This document shows, piece after piece, positions 27,628 through 36,899 of a stretch of DNA of 64,000 nt (positions are counted from its first letter, which is position 1; each line of letters begins with the position of its first letter). Origin of the DNA: a virus (Duplodnaviria > Caudoviricetes); IMG/VR virus record IMGVR_UViG_3300033076_001048, positions 1-64,000 of that record. One strand, given 5' to 3'. The notes under the pieces are model-generated. The model saw only the letters and a list, made by a program, of their open reading frames with translations, was not told where the DNA came from and did not search any database. The position numbers and the translations under genes are program-made.

Positions 27628-28317
27628 TTAATCTTCATTTTTACAGAGAACATCGTATTCACTCATTAAAGTATCACCATATCTTTCTAACATTATTTCA
27701 TGTAATTCATCAATATATTCTTCAGTTGTTGGTTCAATAATGCTTCGTGATACAGCTCTTGATATTGTATAGTCAATTATTGCTTCGGCAAAATCTAAAT
27801 CATCTTCAAAAAAATCACAACTATCTTTATAATCTTCAATAACATCAAATAGTAGGTCAGACAAACCATCAGGTAGTGTAGACTCATATAATACTGATTC
27901 ATTCATATATTCACCTGACATATAAATATCAAAATCAACATCGGTATCAAAATATTTTTTTACTTGTTCCCAAATTTTCATTTTAAACTCATCCCATATA
28001 TAATCAGGGATGTCATCATATCCATACATTCTCTCCCATGTATCTTGGTCTTTAAAACCAACCAACAATCTATCAACAATAATATAAATGGTACCCTCAT
28101 ATTTTGTAGAACCCCAATTAATATCCCAAATAGAAGATTTTTTTACATGATATTCTATGGATACATCTAATGGTATTTCATCAAAAGTGTTATAATATTC
28201 TGTGTTGTATTCACCAAAATTATTATTAATGAAATCGGTAATTAGTTCACCAATTTCAGTATCACGTTCTTCTTTAAGTATTTTTTTGAATTGTGATTCA
28301 GTAATAATTAATTTCAT
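27628..28317 (-). CDS. Leader-family two-module protein
   Basis: MKLIITESQFKKILKEE; internal MNESVLYE. Confidence 0.8.
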   Translation of the reverse strand: MKLIITESQFKKILKEERDTEIGELITDFINNNFGEYNTEYYNTFDEIPLDVSIEYHVKKSSIWDINWGSTKYEGTIYIIVDRLLVGFKDQDTWERMYGYDDIPDYIWDEFKMKIWEQVKKYFDTDVDFDIYMSGEYMNESVLYESTLPDGLSDLLFDVIEDYKDSCDFFEDDLDFAEAIIDYTISRAVSRSIIEPTTEEYIDELHEIMLERYGDTLMSEYDVLCKNED

Positions 28318-28349
28318 TAATTATAAATACCACAAAAATCACATTTAAA

Positions 28350-28880
28350 TTAATAGTTAACTACAATATTTGGGTTTAAATCAAATTCTTCAAGCAATAT
28401 TTTTTTAATATTATGTGTGATTTCATATCTTGAGGACTCAAAATATACTCGTCTTTTAAATGTAATTTTCATTGTTGGAATTAATTCACTTGAGTTTTCT
28501 TTTCTCTTAAGAGAAATCCCATGTATAGTTCCTTTACCTATTTCACGAATACGTGGTTTGATTTTTTTTTCTAATACTTCTTTATTCCATTTTTTTTCAT
28601 CATCAGATATAAATGTAATACTTTTGTGAACCCATGTCATATCGCCTAAAAAACCATATTCTTTAATTTTATTAATATGATTTACAAGATAATTTCTAAT
28701 CTCATATGAACTTATATATTGTTTTGATGTCATTAAATTTGTGTAATTAAATTTCACATCACAGTATACAGATAAATGACGACCAACTATAATACTATAA
28801 TTTGTTTCCATGTCTTCATGAAAACTTTTAATACTATTAAATCTGTTTAAGAAATCCAATATTAATTCTTGGTCTACCAT
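28350..28880 (-). CDS. Hypothetical protein
   Basis: Minus-strand TATATTTG at 28888-95. Confidence 0.7.
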   Translation of the reverse strand: MVDQELILDFLNRFNSIKSFHEDMETNYSIIVGRHLSVYCDVKFNYTNLMTSKQYISSYEIRNYLVNHINKIKEYGFLGDMTWVHKSITFISDDEKKWNKEVLEKKIKPRIREIGKGTIHGISLKRKENSSELIPTMKITFKRRVYFESSRYEITHNIKKILLEEFDLNPNIVVNY

Positions 28881-28940
28881 AACAATACAAATATACTGAA
28901 ATTATTTGAATTCACAAAAAAAACTTATTATCTTTATAAT

Positions 28941-31088
28941 ATGGATTCTACTTATGAAATTGTAAAAGAACTTATTGACTTTAATTCTGAGGGAGTTGAT
29001 ACGTATAACCACAATGGAAGTACGTGGTTAATTTTTACTGACCAAAAAAAATGGGTCATAGAATTAACAAAAGAAAAAACTCTTTGGTATAACTATTATT
29101 TTTTTACAGGTGTTTTTAAATACCTATCGTTGGATGTTGTTGAAAATCAACATTACATTACTAAATGGGTTGAAGATACAATAATCAATCCCGTGAAACA
29201 CACCTCTCATTTTCATTGGAATAATGATAGTTCTGTTGAAGACACAATTGAAAATGGGGTGAAAGACATCCAAGAAGGGATTGGAATTCAAGACCTTACA
29301 GTTGAAGACACCTTTGAATATTATGGGAGAAAGTGGAATAAAGTTAATGATACCATTCAAAATGGGGTGAAAGACATTCGACAGGGTATTCCACTTCTCG
29401 GATTTCAAGTTGAAGACACCATTCAAAATGGGGTTAAACAAACGAAACGTAGTTATGAGGGTTCAAGAAAACAGAGAACAGAAGACACCATAGAAAATGG
29501 GGTTAGACACACCATAGACACCTCATATCATAGAAACAATTTGGTTGAAGACACCATACAAAATGGGGTGAAACACACCCGGTCAATCCAATATCAATGC
29601 CTTCGAGCAGTTGAAGACACCATACAAAATGGGGTGAAACACACCGAAAAATCTCTACAAATTGATGGTTCTTGTGTAATTGAAGACACCATACAAAATG
29701 GAGTAAAAAAAACCAAAAAGGGTGTTTTAGTACAAGAACTTAGTTTTGAAGGTGTTATTGAAAATGGGGTGAAAGAAACCAAATCATACGTCAATAATGA
29801 TTTTGATATGAACGACGCCATAGAAAATGGTGTTAAACACACACAAGGTAGTATTTTTGATAACCCAACGGCAGTTAAAGAGACCATTCAAAATGGGGTG
29901 AAACATACTGATTGTTTTGGGGAATATGAAGATTATGAGATTGATACCATTATTCAAGATGGAATAAAAAACACCGGAGAAATATTATGGAGACATACAC
30001 AAACGATTGAAGACACCATAGAAAATGGAATAAAAGAAACTCACCGTTTTGGTTTAGGGAATGAAGATGAAATAGAAGACACCATTCAAAATGGGGTGAA
30101 ACACACACAAGGTAGTATTTTTGATAACCCAACGACAGTTAAAGACACCATACAAAATGGTGTAAAAGAAACTTCATTTTGGTCAGGTGTTCAACCTCTT
30201 GTTGAAGATGTAATACAAAATAGAGTTAAAAAAACTTATTCTGATAAGATTCCTCATGAATATGATTGGACTAACCAATTTACAGAAGAGATTGATATTA
30301 TCATTGAAAATGGTGTTAAAGAAACCAAACTTGGAGCACCTGATAATAGAGATTATTTTATTGAAGATGCAATTCAAAATGGTGTGAAAGAAACAACACC
30401 TGGTGGATATTTGGGGTTTGTTGAAAAGAAGGGTAAGAAAATCCATCAATTTGAAACCGCAAAACAACTTTATTATGTTGAAGATGTTATTGAAAGTGGT
30501 ATTAAAAAAACTGAGGCGGCAGCTTTGTTTGACGAAGAATCAAAAATGGATACTGTCATCAGTGAGGGTATTAAAGAAACACATGATGATGTTATGCCAC
30601 ATACAGGTAGGGTTGAAGGTGTAATTAAAAATGGTGTAAAGGAAACCGTAGACGCTTTATCATCAAGATTACCAAACCCTGTTGGAGATGTAATTAAAAA
30701 TGGTGTTAAACAATGTATACCATCACATACTCCCCTATACAACCCAATGGATTTTTCTGTTGAATATCTTGAAAACCATAGATTAGATGATGTTACAAGT
30801 GTTTTAGAAAAAGGTATTAAAGAAGTTCAACCGTTACCAGCACAGGATGGTAATAGGGATTGGGGTATTTACTATCACAGACAAGAAGTCCCAACCAAAC
30901 CTCATACTCAATATGTTGATGATGTAATTACTAATGGAATAAAAGAAACAAAACCGATGGATGAGTGGGTTAATACTGAGAGAATCTTGGATGGTGTTAT
31001 TGATAAAGGTATTAAGGAAACCAAATCATCAGGAAGTAATTTTCCGAAATGGGCGGATGATGTTATTAATAATGGAATTAAATCTTAA
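28941..31088 (+). CDS. Repeat protein: ~75-aa N-terminal domain plus ~26 VEDTIQNGVKHT units with variable linkers
   Basis: Open frame throughout; TTTG-N20-TATCTTTA promoter at 28905-28936. Confidence 0.85.
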   Translation: MDSTYEIVKELIDFNSEGVDTYNHNGSTWLIFTDQKKWVIELTKEKTLWYNYYFFTGVFKYLSLDVVENQHYITKWVEDTIINPVKHTSHFHWNNDSSVEDTIENGVKDIQEGIGIQDLTVEDTFEYYGRKWNKVNDTIQNGVKDIRQGIPLLGFQVEDTIQNGVKQTKRSYEGSRKQRTEDTIENGVRHTIDTSYHRNNLVEDTIQNGVKHTRSIQYQCLRAVEDTIQNGVKHTEKSLQIDGSCVIEDTIQNGVKKTKKGVLVQELSFEGVIENGVKETKSYVNNDFDMNDAIENGVKHTQGSIFDNPTAVKETIQNGVKHTDCFGEYEDYEIDTIIQDGIKNTGEILWRHTQTIEDTIENGIKETHRFGLGNEDEIEDTIQNGVKHTQGSIFDNPTTVKDTIQNGVKETSFWSGVQPLVEDVIQNRVKKTYSDKIPHEYDWTNQFTEEIDIIIENGVKETKLGAPDNRDYFIEDAIQNGVKETTPGGYLGFVEKKGKKIHQFETAKQLYYVEDVIESGIKKTEAAALFDEESKMDTVISEGIKETHDDVMPHTGRVEGVIKNGVKETVDALSSRLPNPVGDVIKNGVKQCIPSHTPLYNPMDFSVEYLENHRLDDVTSVLEKGIKEVQPLPAQDGNRDWGIYYHRQEVPTKPHTQYVDDVITNGIKETKPMDEWVNTERILDGVIDKGIKETKSSGSNFPKWADDVINNGIKS
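29169..31085. repeat. CRISPR-like in-frame array: 36-nt repeats with modal 30-nt spacers
   Basis: Consensus GTTGAAGACACCATACAAAATGGGGTGAAACACACC (exact at 29544 and 29610); spacers 27/30/33 nt up to 30200, mostly longer and degenerate afterwards; no cas genes in window. Confidence 0.9.
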
Positions 31089-31417
31089 TAAGAAGATTTG
31101 AGTGTTCCAAGAACATAAAAATTTATTTCATATTCAGAACCATATTCATCAAAGTCAATTGAAAAGTATTTTTCAACAAATGAACGTATTTGTTTATGCA
31201 AATCATTATCACCGATTTGTGAATTGTTGGTATTTCCTTCTAATACATTGTGATAATCGGTAATAATATCAATAACCTTTCTTTTTATCACTTTCTTGGT
31301 ATTGGCTAACATTACCCCTTTCTCTTTAAATGATATTGCGATTACTTGAGGAAAATTATCTTTGATTGCTTCTCCGATTAATTGTAGTTCTTGTGATTCA
31401 GTGATTAATATTTTCAT
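31085..31417 (-). CDS. Leader-family protein (MKILITESQ)
   Basis: Leader; stop overlaps the stop of the repeat gene. Confidence 0.8.
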   Translation of the reverse strand: MKILITESQELQLIGEAIKDNFPQVIAISFKEKGVMLANTKKVIKRKVIDIITDYHNVLEGNTNNSQIGDNDLHKQIRSFVEKYFSIDFDEYGSEYEINFYVLGTLKSSY

Positions 31418-31430
31418 ACTATATTTGTAA

Positions 31431-32039
31431 TTACCACTTTAATAAAAAATCTTTTATGATTATCCCATAACGGTCTTTAAAGTATTCAGATACTAATGAT
31501 TCAGATTTTTCTCTACTTCCAATAGAAAAGTATTTTGTTAACTCGTCTACAATATCCTCAGTTAAAAACATTCTTCCCCAAGAATTTTTTTGTGCAATTA
31601 TATTTTTATCTAATTCTAAATCATTCTTTCTGTATATACGAATATAACCGTCATCATTAGTAATATTTAAACCACCATAGGACATCTCAATGATATCATC
31701 CATGATTTCAAACATCTTTTCCTCATTGTCATCCTCAGACTCATTTAACGAATCTTGATTTTGTTCTTTCCAAAATTGTCTAATTTTATCACCAACCAAT
31801 TTCTTAAATATTTCCTCATACTCAGCAACATCAGACCAATCAATATCGTAAATTACCTCAGGTAATAATATTTCAATTACATAATCAACATAATCATCTT
31901 CAGGATATTCTTCGGCTTCTTCACCAATGTCGGTATTGTTTAACATTTCATACAAGACATCAGATATTTCTGATAACCTTCTTCTAACTGAATTAGGTAT
32001 GATTTGTTCAAACTGAGATTCTGATATGATAATCTTCAT
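31431..32039 (-). CDS. Leader-family two-module protein (MKIIISESQ)
   Basis: Leader, VRRRL module, internal SLNE. Confidence 0.8.
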   Translation of the reverse strand: MKIIISESQFEQIIPNSVRRRLSEISDVLYEMLNNTDIGEEAEEYPEDDYVDYVIEILLPEVIYDIDWSDVAEYEEIFKKLVGDKIRQFWKEQNQDSLNESEDDNEEKMFEIMDDIIEMSYGGLNITNDDGYIRIYRKNDLELDKNIIAQKNSWGRMFLTEDIVDELTKYFSIGSREKSESLVSEYFKDRYGIIIKDFLLKW

Positions 32040-32857
32040 TACAAATAAATATTACCTCCAACATTAACCATTTGTCTTATTTCTTCTTCAGAATATTTTT
32101 TGGATATTGGAGTTAAAAATATATCCAAATTACCACCAACTGATTGAAGATTTCCAATAGATTCAATTGGAGTATCTTCTAAAAATAAATCACCACCAAC
32201 TGATTGAAGATTTCCAAGAGATTTAATTGGGGTGTTTATTAAATTCAAATTACCACCAACGTAAGTTAAGTTTCCAAGAGATTCGATTGGTGTGTTACGT
32301 AAACGCAAATTACCACCAACATGAGTTAGGTTTCCAAGGGATTTAATTGATGTTTTTCGTAAATCCAAATCATCACCAAGTGAGTATAATGGATTTCCTT
32401 CAGATTCTAAAAATTTTAGAAAAAGGTCCCAATTATTATTAAAATATTTTAATGACGGAATATGAAGAACTTCATCTTCTTCACTTTCCATTATTTTTTT
32501 ATATTGAGATTCGGTAATAATAATTTTTCTTACTGACTCAGTTCTTAATTTTTCACTACAATTTTTTTTATAATAATTAGAAAGATAATCACCAAATAAA
32601 TCAACCATGTGATAATAAAAACTATCTCTATCTTTGGCGGACGCATTTAAATCTTCAAGATAATTGTATGTCATTATATCACAGGCTTCAGCAATAAAAG
32701 CACCAACGTTCTTAAATTCACATGGTAGCATTGCATATTCAACAATGTTATCCATTTCTTGTTTCATATCATCCATAGACATTCTTCTACGAAGATATGT
32801 GGAGATGGTTTCCAATAAAACTGTTTGATGTTGTGATTCAGTAATAATGATTTTCAT
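32039..32857 (-). CDS. Leader-family fusion protein with a second internal leader and leucine-rich repeats
   Basis: MKIIITESQ...RKIIITESQYKKIME; three to four 22-aa TPIxSLGNLxxVGGNLxL repeats. Confidence 0.85.
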   Translation of the reverse strand: MKIIITESQHQTVLLETISTYLRRRMSMDDMKQEMDNIVEYAMLPCEFKNVGAFIAEACDIMTYNYLEDLNASAKDRDSFYYHMVDLFGDYLSNYYKKNCSEKLRTESVRKIIITESQYKKIMESEEDEVLHIPSLKYFNNNWDLFLKFLESEGNPLYSLGDDLDLRKTSIKSLGNLTHVGGNLRLRNTPIESLGNLTYVGGNLNLINTPIKSLGNLQSVGGDLFLEDTPIESIGNLQSVGGNLDIFLTPISKKYSEEEIRQMVNVGGNIYL

Positions 32858-32897
32858 TCATTAATAAATACACAGATATCTATTAACTGTTTCAAAT

Positions 32898-33161
32898 TTA
32901 AAATTTCTTCAGGTCATTAAATGCATCATTATTTACAAACTCCATTTGCAAATAATTCATAATGTCCGTCATGAGTTCACCTTCATTTTCAGATGCTCTA
33001 ATTGCCATGGCAAGTCCACCTGCCAATATTTTAGCATAGTCATCAAAATCAAGTTTTGAATCTGAATCTGATTTTAAAGCAAAATGTGCTTTACCATCTT
33101 CTTTAATCTCAAACACAACCAATACTTGAGATTTTTTTGCATACACTCCTAAGTTTGCCAT
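32898..33161 (-). CDS. Hypothetical protein
   Basis: ORF track. Confidence 0.7.
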   Translation of the reverse strand: MANLGVYAKKSQVLVVFEIKEDGKAHFALKSDSDSKLDFDDYAKILAGGLAMAIRASENEGELMTDIMNYLQMEFVNNDAFNDLKKF

Positions 33162-33400
33162 TATCTATAAATGAATGTGTCAATCTCAACTCTCATGCTA
33201 TCACCATATCTAATGGTGTGAGAATAAACCTCAGTTGTATTTCCATCACGGTGAAATATATTCCCATGACGTTCATGTTTGATAACCATTTTTTTAACTT
33301 TAGTTTCATTTACTTGTTTGATTCCATACGCCGAACCAAAACCAACCATAAATGATATTGCCATCATAAGACCCAATAACGCTGTATTAATTTTTGTCAT
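33161..33400 (-). CDS. Membrane-anchored hypothetical protein
   Basis: MTKINTALLGLMM after TATATTTG (33405-12, minus strand). Confidence 0.7.
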   Translation of the reverse strand: MTKINTALLGLMMAISFMVGFGSAYGIKQVNETKVKKMVIKHERHGNIFHRDGNTTEVYSHTIRYGDSMRVEIDTFIYR

Positions 33401-33465
33401 ACGGCAAATATACAAAAACAATATGAAATAAAAAACCCCCTATTTGAAGTAGGGGGTTAAATGTA

Positions 33466-34137
33466 TTATTTTTTTAAGTAACTATCATGTGGTGGAATTG
33501 GTGTTCCCACAGGATATGGTGCTCCTTCTTTAGCAGCCGTTACTGATGTCATACCTGATTCCACAGGAAGTGCAATACGTAATGGAATTGCTGCCTCATT
33601 CATTGGTCCATAACATTTTGCAAGTACTATTCCATTATCCAATGTATCAATGATGGTACCTGGCATTGCAAACATATTACTTTCACTTGTATTTGGTTGT
33701 TCGGTATCAACAAGGAACATTCTATTGTTAGGTGTCATATATTCCCAACCTTTGGTTGAAGGATTAAATTGTGGAACTTTGGTTGTTGTATCATAATACC
33801 AAAATAATGACCATACGGTTTTATTGGTTCCGTCAGGTGTTTGGAAATTCTTCTCAACATTAAACTCACCCCATGTACCACTAACACCAAACATAGCCAA
33901 GTTGGAAATTGATGGTCCGTTTAACACGGGACAAATTGCACAACCTTCGTTATACTCAACACCCTGCACAATAATTTTACGTCCTGTTGGAACCGCTCCT
34001 GATGCACCACAGAATGCAAAAGACCCCTGGTGAATCTGTAATACTTTTTCAAGTTTTGTTTCTTTTACTTGTTCGGTTTTTTCACCACATCCAAATAACA
34101 TGGTAACCGCAATCATACTTAATAATAAATTTTTCAT
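33466..34137 (-). CDS. Cys-rich lipoprotein
   Basis: MKNLLLSMIAVTMLFGC lipobox; terminator at 33431-33458. Confidence 0.8.
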   Translation of the reverse strand: MKNLLLSMIAVTMLFGCGEKTEQVKETKLEKVLQIHQGSFAFCGASGAVPTGRKIIVQGVEYNEGCAICPVLNGPSISNLAMFGVSGTWGEFNVEKNFQTPDGTNKTVWSLFWYYDTTTKVPQFNPSTKGWEYMTPNNRMFLVDTEQPNTSESNMFAMPGTIIDTLDNGIVLAKCYGPMNEAAIPLRIALPVESGMTSVTAAKEGAPYPVGTPIPPHDSYLKK

Positions 34138-34273
34138 CTTGTTTTTATTTTTAATTTTAAATACCACAAAATCTTTGTAAATAAAAAGGGGGACCGTTTT
34201 TTTTTGGGGGACATTTAATCACACATTATAAAGGGGACTAATATAACGGACGAAGTCCGTCGGACGAAAAATT

Positions 34274-34331
34274 TCCGGCATCAGAAAGAAAAGGGGGTAG
34301 GGGGAATTTTCGGTATCCGGCATCAGAAAGA
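34274..34331 (-). repeat. Dispersed ~42-bp motif (one full and one partial copy)
   Basis: Minus strand TCTTTCTGATGCCGGATACCGAAAATTCCCCCTACCCCCTTTT; matches copies at 41185, 41351, 41853, 43642. Confidence 0.7.
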
Positions 34332-34351
34332 AGAATTCCCCACACCAACAT

Positions 34352-34435
34352 TTACTCCTTGTCTTTTCTTGTGGCAATGAACCAACTTCCACCAAAGATT
34401 AAAACAAGTGCGACCGTAACAATTAAAAAATTCAT
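34352..34435 (-). CDS. Tiny TM peptide (27 aa)
   Basis: MNFLIVTVALVLIFGGSWFIATRKDKE*. Confidence 0.45.
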   Translation of the reverse strand: MNFLIVTVALVLIFGGSWFIATRKDKE

Positions 34436-34484
34436 ATAAACAACATTTAATGGTTTATGGTATAATACACCTTAACCATAAATA

Positions 34485-34694
34485 TCACAGAAGGGGACGA
34501 TGAGATATCAAAGAAAACTCCTCACCCCTCATCACATAAGAACAATCAATTTTATTTTGTGACAGAATATGAACAATATACATATCCTTCAATTTATTTT
34601 CAAACTGAATAACCGTTCCCGGAATAAAACCCAATTCCAATAAACGAAGTGATAGTAGACCATCACCCAAAATTCCTGTTACAATATAATTCAT
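34485..34694 (-). CDS. feoA: FeoA-like SH3 protein
   Basis: LRLLELGFIPGTVI...MRGEE motif. Confidence 0.7.
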   Translation of the reverse strand: MNYIVTGILGDGLLSLRLLELGFIPGTVIQFENKLKDMYIVHILSQNKIDCSYVMRGEEFSLISHRPLL

Positions 34695-34847
34695 TTACTG
34701 AGCAACCTCCTTTTCCATTACAAAATTATAAGAACCACCACGAGTGGCAGTAGACACCAATCTCCACCCTTGTTTTGCCAAGTTAGATACCTCAACCATT
34801 CCTTTAGCAAAATCTTTGTTTCTTACGTATGTATATTCGTATTTCAT
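34695..34847 (-). CDS. DUF4177-like small protein (50 aa)
   Basis: MKYEY...NLAKQGWRLVS; TATCTTTG at 34852-59. Confidence 0.65.
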   Translation of the reverse strand: MKYEYTYVRNKDFAKGMVEVSNLAKQGWRLVSTATRGGSYNFVMEKEVAQ

Positions 34848-34911
34848 TTTACAAAGATACAAAAAATAAATGAAATAAAAAACCCCCTCTAATTAAGAAG
34901 GGGGTGAAGAA

Positions 34912-35025
34912 TTAGTTTTTGGATTCTTTAGCTTGTTTAAGAACCTCATTGTTTTGTTTGATTCTTAAAGCAAATTTCTTACCCATCTTTCTACTCTTAG
35001 AGTAGTTTGCAAATGAACTTTTCAT
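34912..35025 (-). CDS. Small basic peptide (37 aa)
   Basis: Hand-translated; TATTTAT upstream. Confidence 0.45.
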   Translation of the reverse strand: MKSSFANYSKSRKMGKKFALRIKQNNEVLKQAKESKN

Positions 35026-35048
35026 AATGGATAAATATAACCATATTA

Positions 35049-35258
35049 TTATTCATTTTCCAAATATTTCCAATGTGTGGGTTTTGGCCATTTTGGCATA
35101 CCTTCCACCAATTTTACACTCCAAGTTCCACTTTCCAATAACCAACCCTCGCTAACCCAATCATCACATACTGCGGCGCGAGTCCCCAACAATCCATAAG
35201 ATAATTTCACCTTAGTTTTTGGTGGGGGCAATTCCTGTTCAATATCTTTCCAATCCAT
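35049..35258 (-). CDS. DUF551-like protein
   Basis: W.D....LP ... PTHW. Confidence 0.7.
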   Translation of the reverse strand: MDWKDIEQELPPPKTKVKLSYGLLGTRAAVCDDWVSEGWLLESGTWSVKLVEGMPKWPKPTHWKYLENE

Positions 35259-35259
35259 A

Positions 35260-35688
35260 TTATCTATAATCAATTCGTTTATTAGAAATTGTAATATCAC
35301 CAGAGTGTAACAACTTCATGGTTCTACGACCTGAACCCAGTTGTTCACCAATTCTACACTCGTTATAAAAATACTCATCCACAGGAACCTCAAAATCAAA
35401 ACTGATTCGGTCCCAAGACAATTCCATCTTATGTTCCTGAAAATGAAGGGTCACAATATAGACGGGGGTTTTACCTTTACGGTAGATTTCTTTTTTGGCA
35501 GTATAGTTATAAATCTCTTGTGTAAGTGAATCACAAAGTTTGGTGTGTTGTTTAATACTATCTTCAAGTTTGTTAGATTTGTCTTGCAATTCAGAAACAC
35601 GTTTTTCCCAACCCTGTTCCACTTTAGCAGGGGATGGTGGAGTACAAGAAGCAATTAATAGAGCGGAGATTAAGATATAGTATTTCAT
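35260..35688 (-). CDS. Lipoprotein with a coiled coil
   Basis: LLIASC lipobox. Confidence 0.75.
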   Translation of the reverse strand: MKYYILISALLIASCTPPSPAKVEQGWEKRVSELQDKSNKLEDSIKQHTKLCDSLTQEIYNYTAKKEIYRKGKTPVYIVTLHFQEHKMELSWDRISFDFEVPVDEYFYNECRIGEQLGSGRRTMKLLHSGDITISNKRIDYR

Positions 35689-35846
35689 TGTTCTTTATTG
35701 TTACCTTCTTCACAATCACATTGTGTGTCAAACGTGGGGGTAAGAAGACATAAAAGAGTCCACCAGGGGTTTTGTGTCATCCAAACGCACATTCCAACGA
35801 TTGCATAAAATGACAATACAATTACAGTTTGAGATATGTTTTTCAT
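35685..35846 (-). CDS. Small 2-TM protein (53 aa)
   Basis: Hand-translated; ATGA overlaps on both sides. Confidence 0.6.
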   Translation of the reverse strand: MKNISQTVIVLSFYAIVGMCVWMTQNPWWTLLCLLTPTFDTQCDCEEGNNKEQ

Positions 35847-36031
35847 TGTTCGTTATTGTTACCTTCTTTTTTATCTTCAAAATGTGGAATTGATTTATTT
35901 TCATTAATTAACTCAAGCGTCTTTAATTGCTTTTCATAAGCATTAATCTCAGCAATGAGAATCATTCTTTCTTGTTTTAAATTATCAAGATGTAGTTTAA
36001 CATCATAAATCGCTCTTTCAATTTTATTCAT
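35843..36031 (-). CDS. Small coiled-coil protein
   Basis: ORF track. Confidence 0.65.
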   Translation of the reverse strand: MNKIERAIYDVKLHLDNLKQERMILIAEINAYEKQLKTLELINENKSIPHFEDKKEGNNNEQ

Positions 36032-36052
36032 TGTTTAATTATTATATTTTTA

Positions 36053-36235
36053 TTACAATTCAGCGTCCCCCAAATCATCAAACGCATCTTCAGCATCTTC
36101 TTTGGCTGAAGACAATAATTTTTTAGTTGCATCGGCTTCATCACCTGTAACAACATTAACAACATCCTTTACTATGGCAACGGGAGTTAAGGCAGTCTTA
36201 ACCGTTGCGCTGATTATATTTGAAAAAAATCCCAT
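36053..36235 (-). CDS. Small phage protein (MGFFS...TPVAIVKD)
   Basis: TATATTTG at 36240-47. Confidence 0.7.
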   Translation of the reverse strand: MGFFSNIISATVKTALTPVAIVKDVVNVVTGDEADATKKLLSSAKEDAEDAFDDLGDAEL

Positions 36236-36266
36236 ACCACAAATATAACAAACATTTATAATAACA

Positions 36267-36533
36267 TCAAACATTATTCTCCTTTTCCCAGAACAATGTT
36301 AACTTGGTTCTAAACATATAGATAAAACATGTGGTGATTTCCTGATGGGTTAAATTTGATTTGTAAGCATAAGTGTGACCATAAGTCATGTTAAACCAAG
36401 TAGATAAACCATCACAGGTTTTGTGAATGAAATACTCTTTCATTCCATTTCTATAATACGAAATGGGTAATGTTTCATTAAGATGTTTCTCAATATCATT
36501 ATACCTTCTTCTAATCAGTTGGGGAACCTTCAT
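36267..36533 (-). CDS. Hypothetical protein with an IRRR module
   Basis: PQLIRRRY resembles modules in leader-family proteins. Confidence 0.65.
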   Translation of the reverse strand: MKVPQLIRRRYNDIEKHLNETLPISYYRNGMKEYFIHKTCDGLSTWFNMTYGHTYAYKSNLTHQEITTCFIYMFRTKLTLFWEKENNV

Positions 36534-36704
36534 ATATTAATCATGATTATTGTCCCTATAATTAATGGTCTGATAAATAACTCCCCCTACCATTGAAAGT
36601 CCAAAAATAAAATAACCGATACTCCAAAGAATTTCCATATTACAAATATACTAAATTTTTCACATATTGTCATCTAAAATAAAAACCTCTCACATTGAAG
36701 GGGT

Positions 36705-36899
36705 TTATGTATTTGACAAGACAATCTCATCCCCTTCATCATAATCGTCATACTCCTGTTCCGTTATCTTCACAATAACATACCCCTTGTCCAAAAGGGT
36801 ATTAATAATACTCATCTCATTTTGACTACCCACCTCAACCTTACAAACCCCTATGGTTTCCCCACCCTCATTCAGGAATTTAAAATAGTTCGTACTCAT
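36705..36899 (-). CDS. Hypothetical protein
   Basis: TATATTTG at 36904-11. Confidence 0.7.
   Translation of the reverse strand: MSTNYFKFLNEGGETIGVCKVEVGSQNEMSIINTLLDKGYVIVKITEQEYDDYDEGDEIVLSNT

Noticed and set aside
29169-31085. Call as a bona fide active CRISPR-Cas locus
   Set aside because: No cas genes in the window; repeats vary mostly at synonymous positions; all spacers keep the frame. Kept as a repeat feature and finding instead.
32090-32350. 66-nt periodic repeats
   Set aside because: Ordinary leucine-rich repeat coding with no unique spacers.
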